Shown here piece by piece: positions 61,886 through 64,000 of a DNA stretch of 64,000 nucleotides. The notes beneath the pieces were generated by a model. The model worked only from the letters and a program-made list of their open reading frames with translations. It made no database searches and was not told the origin of the DNA. How positions within the stretch are numbered: the first letter of the stretch is position 1; every line of letters starts with the position of its first letter. This stretch comes from Fonticula alba ATCC 38817 (taxonomy: Eukaryota; Protista; Nucleariida): the NCBI GenBank assembly GCA_000388065.2, contig KB932209.1; one strand, written 5' to 3'. Made by a program: the position numbers and the translations under genes.

Positions 61886-63103
61886 AAGCGCGATGAGCCG
61901 GGCCCTTTTGATACATTTGGGCGGGGGCTGGCCGTCGTGTGGGGACATGATGCTCCCCTTCCTCCCAAAATAAATCCACTCGCACATGGCATGTCAGTCC
62001 AGCCTGCGCGCGTGCGCGCGCGCACACACACATACAGACACTCCTGGGAGGGTGGTTGAGGGCGAGCGAAGGGAAAGTGTGGTGTGTGCGTGTGCGGGGG
62101 TGTAGTATCCCCCCCCCCCCCCCTGCTTCCGCGTGGTGTGGTGTGTATGAAAAGGGCATGGGACTTTGTTTTCGGGTGTTTCCTTCGGCTTGTCTTCCCC
62201 CGCCCCGGATCCTGGGGGCCGCGGCCTCGCTGGCGCTCCCCTGTCCGGTCCACTTTTTTGAAAGGCCAAAAATGCATCTTTTTCACTGACATTGTCCGTG
62301 TTTTGTCTGAACATTTCTCCGACATCAGAATGTCGCACATGATCACGGACCTGTTCATGATTATCCTGACGTATCTCCCCACTCTCAAGCCCGAACGATC
62401 GCGGCTGCGCGGCTGCACGGCCCCCGGGCAGGCCGCCACCTCTCCAGGCGGGATATGTCAGATGCCCCCCCCCCCCCCCCCCCCCCGCCTACCGCCCACC
62501 ACCTCCCACTCCATCTTGACGCACTTCCGGGGCCCCCCCCCTCCCCCACCCGCGCCTCTCTCCGGGCGGGCAGCCACCATCCGCGCTCCATGATGCCAGC
62601 GTCGCCTGGGGAGATAAGGGGGCTGGCGCGGAAGGTGACGCCGACGCCGGGCGGGTTTACACATTCTCCACACGCGCCCGTGGTGGCCCTTACAAGCGGG
62701 CCACGCCCCGCCCGTCCGCCTGCCCGGCAGCCGATCCCCTGAGGGGGGAGCCGCGGGAAGGCGAACCTCGTCCCCCCCCCCCCCCCCCCCCCCCTTCGCC
62801 CTCTCCTTAATCATTGCCAGACCCAGTTCGGCCGCGCCAGGGGCGAGGACCAAGGCGGACAGCTATTCCCGACCAGTCGGCCAATCTCAAAGAGCCGGCG
62901 CAGTCTGGCGCGCGCGATCGCCGTGCCCCCAGCATGAACCGCACTCCCCCCCCCCCCCCCCCTTGGCTTTATCACCCCCTCCCATTCCCCCCCCCATTCC
63001 CCCCCACCCCCTTCTCCCTCCCCCCTCCCCCTCCACCCCCTTCTGCCCCTCGTTTGTTTTTGCACCCGCCGCCTCCGGCACCGGGTGCCCTCCCTCCAAC
63101 ACC

Positions 63104-63813
63104 ATGGACTTGCATGGAGCACGCGATGTGTCGATCGCTTCCACAGCCGGCATTCGGTCGACCGCCTCGCCGGAGTCCAACCTGGCGGCCGCCCAGCGCG
63201 AGGCCGACAATGTTTTGCAAAAACTCAACATCGCCTCGGCGCGCAATCTCGTCTCCGAGACCCGGTGCGTTGGTCGGCCGCGTGCTTTGCTCCACACGCC
63301 AGCCTCGTCTGCCTTCCTCGCATGCGCTCTTGCCTTGGCTGACGCCCTGTTTCCCCTTTCCCGGACTGCCCCGGCCTTTCCCCCACCTGGGTAATGGCGT
63401 GGGCCATCGCCACAGCGCCGAGATGGAAGCACGCCGGCGCGAGCTCCGTACACTTGTCGGGTACGAATGGGGCCTGTTTCCATCTGCTAGTCTTCGCTTC
63501 CCCCCCCCCCTCTCTCTCTTTGTGCCATCTCCACATTCGTGGCGTGGTCTAACAATTGGTGTCCAGCGAGCGATACCGCGACCTGCTCAGCTCGGCATCG
63601 GCCGTGCGTGCCATGCGCGACACTGCAGCCGGCCCCTTCAAAGGCAGCTTGCTCAAGGCATCGCTGGCGGCACAGGCGGCCACCAATCTGTCGGCCAGCC
63701 GACCGATCGGGTCTTCCGGGGCCGGCGGCCTGCTGGCCATCTCCAAGGATGAGCTCCTGCAATCGGCCACTCGCTCGGTGGCGGTCCGGGCCCTGCTCGA
63801 TGCTCCGGCTCAG
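63104..63813 (+). CDS. COG1: Conserved oligomeric Golgi complex subunit 1 (Vps51/Vps67 domain), 5' part; continues beyond the window
   Basis: Spliced ...LVSETR|AEMEARRRELRTLVG|ERYRDLLSSASAVRAM (cf. human RAEIEHKKEELRQMVGERYRDLIEAAD), followed by AVRALLDAPAQ like the COG1 QIKLLLEIPE motif. Confidence 0.82.
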
Positions 63814-63936
63814 GTGCGTTTTCCGGCCTGCATGGGCCATCTTCCTCCCCGCCGGATGTGTTGCTAGACCCGACGGAGCAGGGAGCGGTGGAGGAGCAAG
63901 AGAGAGAGAAAGAGAGATGAGGGGCGCCTCTTTCTC

Positions 63937-64000
63937 GCCCGCCCTCCGCCCGCCCTCCGCCCGCCCTCCGCCCGCCCTCCGCCCGCCCTCCGCCCGCCCT
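63937..64000 (+). repeat. 11-bp minisatellite (GCCCTCCGCCC)n in a COG1 intron, truncated by the window end
   Basis: About 5.5 consecutive perfect units are visible. Confidence 0.9.

Noticed and set aside
59705-61987. Long antisense ORFs (760 aa here; also 2950-4629, 9502-10665, 11534-13309, 54902-55708)
   Set aside because: They are shadows of GC3-rich sense genes, which deplete antisense stop codons, and they have no recognisable motifs.
62281-62370. AT-rich island downstream of MVP with short inverted repeats (GTCCGTG/CACGGAC; CGACAT/ATGTCG) as a vault RNA or snoRNA candidate
   Set aside because: No Pol III box A/B (GGTTCGANTCC), no canonical C/D boxes, and stems of only 6-7 bp. It is better explained as the MVP 3' end or COG1 promoter.
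1-64000. tRNA, rRNA, snRNA, CRISPR or prokaryotic defence-system signatures
   Set aside because: No T-loop GTTCGAATC in a cloverleaf context, no U1/U2/U5/U6 consensus motifs, and no repeat-spacer arrays were seen. The gene content is eukaryotic housekeeping.

Overview
GC-rich, intron-containing eukaryotic genomic DNA from a draft assembly with 9 N-gaps, most flanked by G/C homopolymers. Donors are GTACGT/GTGCGT/GTATGT, branch sites CTGAC/CTAAC, and introns are rich in poly-C, (CT)n and (CA)n. The style and gene content suggest a unicellular opisthokont such as Fonticula alba; this is an inference, not verified. Recognisable genes, in order: a partial hypothetical gene (-); an intronless ~1165-aa orphan (+) with a mitochondrial-type presequence and four exact C-x2-C-G-x-H-x5-C motifs; a twin-RRM protein (-) with a huge low-complexity N-terminus; a MARVEL membrane protein (-); a NATD1-like GNAT (-); PSMD9/Nas2 (+); an Rpp21/Rpr2-like protein (+); GDAP2 (-); a GIT-like ArfGAP-ANK-SHD-SHD scaffold fused to two N-terminal Ras-association-like domains (-); GCDH (+); a PPR-like helical orphan (-); MCM8 (-); OTUD6B (+); pyruvate kinase (-); major vault protein (+); and the 5' part of COG1 (+). 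No tRNA, rRNA, CRISPR array or recognisable transposon was found. The best candidates for novelty are the repeated-zinc-finger orphan, the RA-RA-GIT fusion, and a full-length MVP with a helical insertion. All family assignments are from recalled motifs, not database searches.
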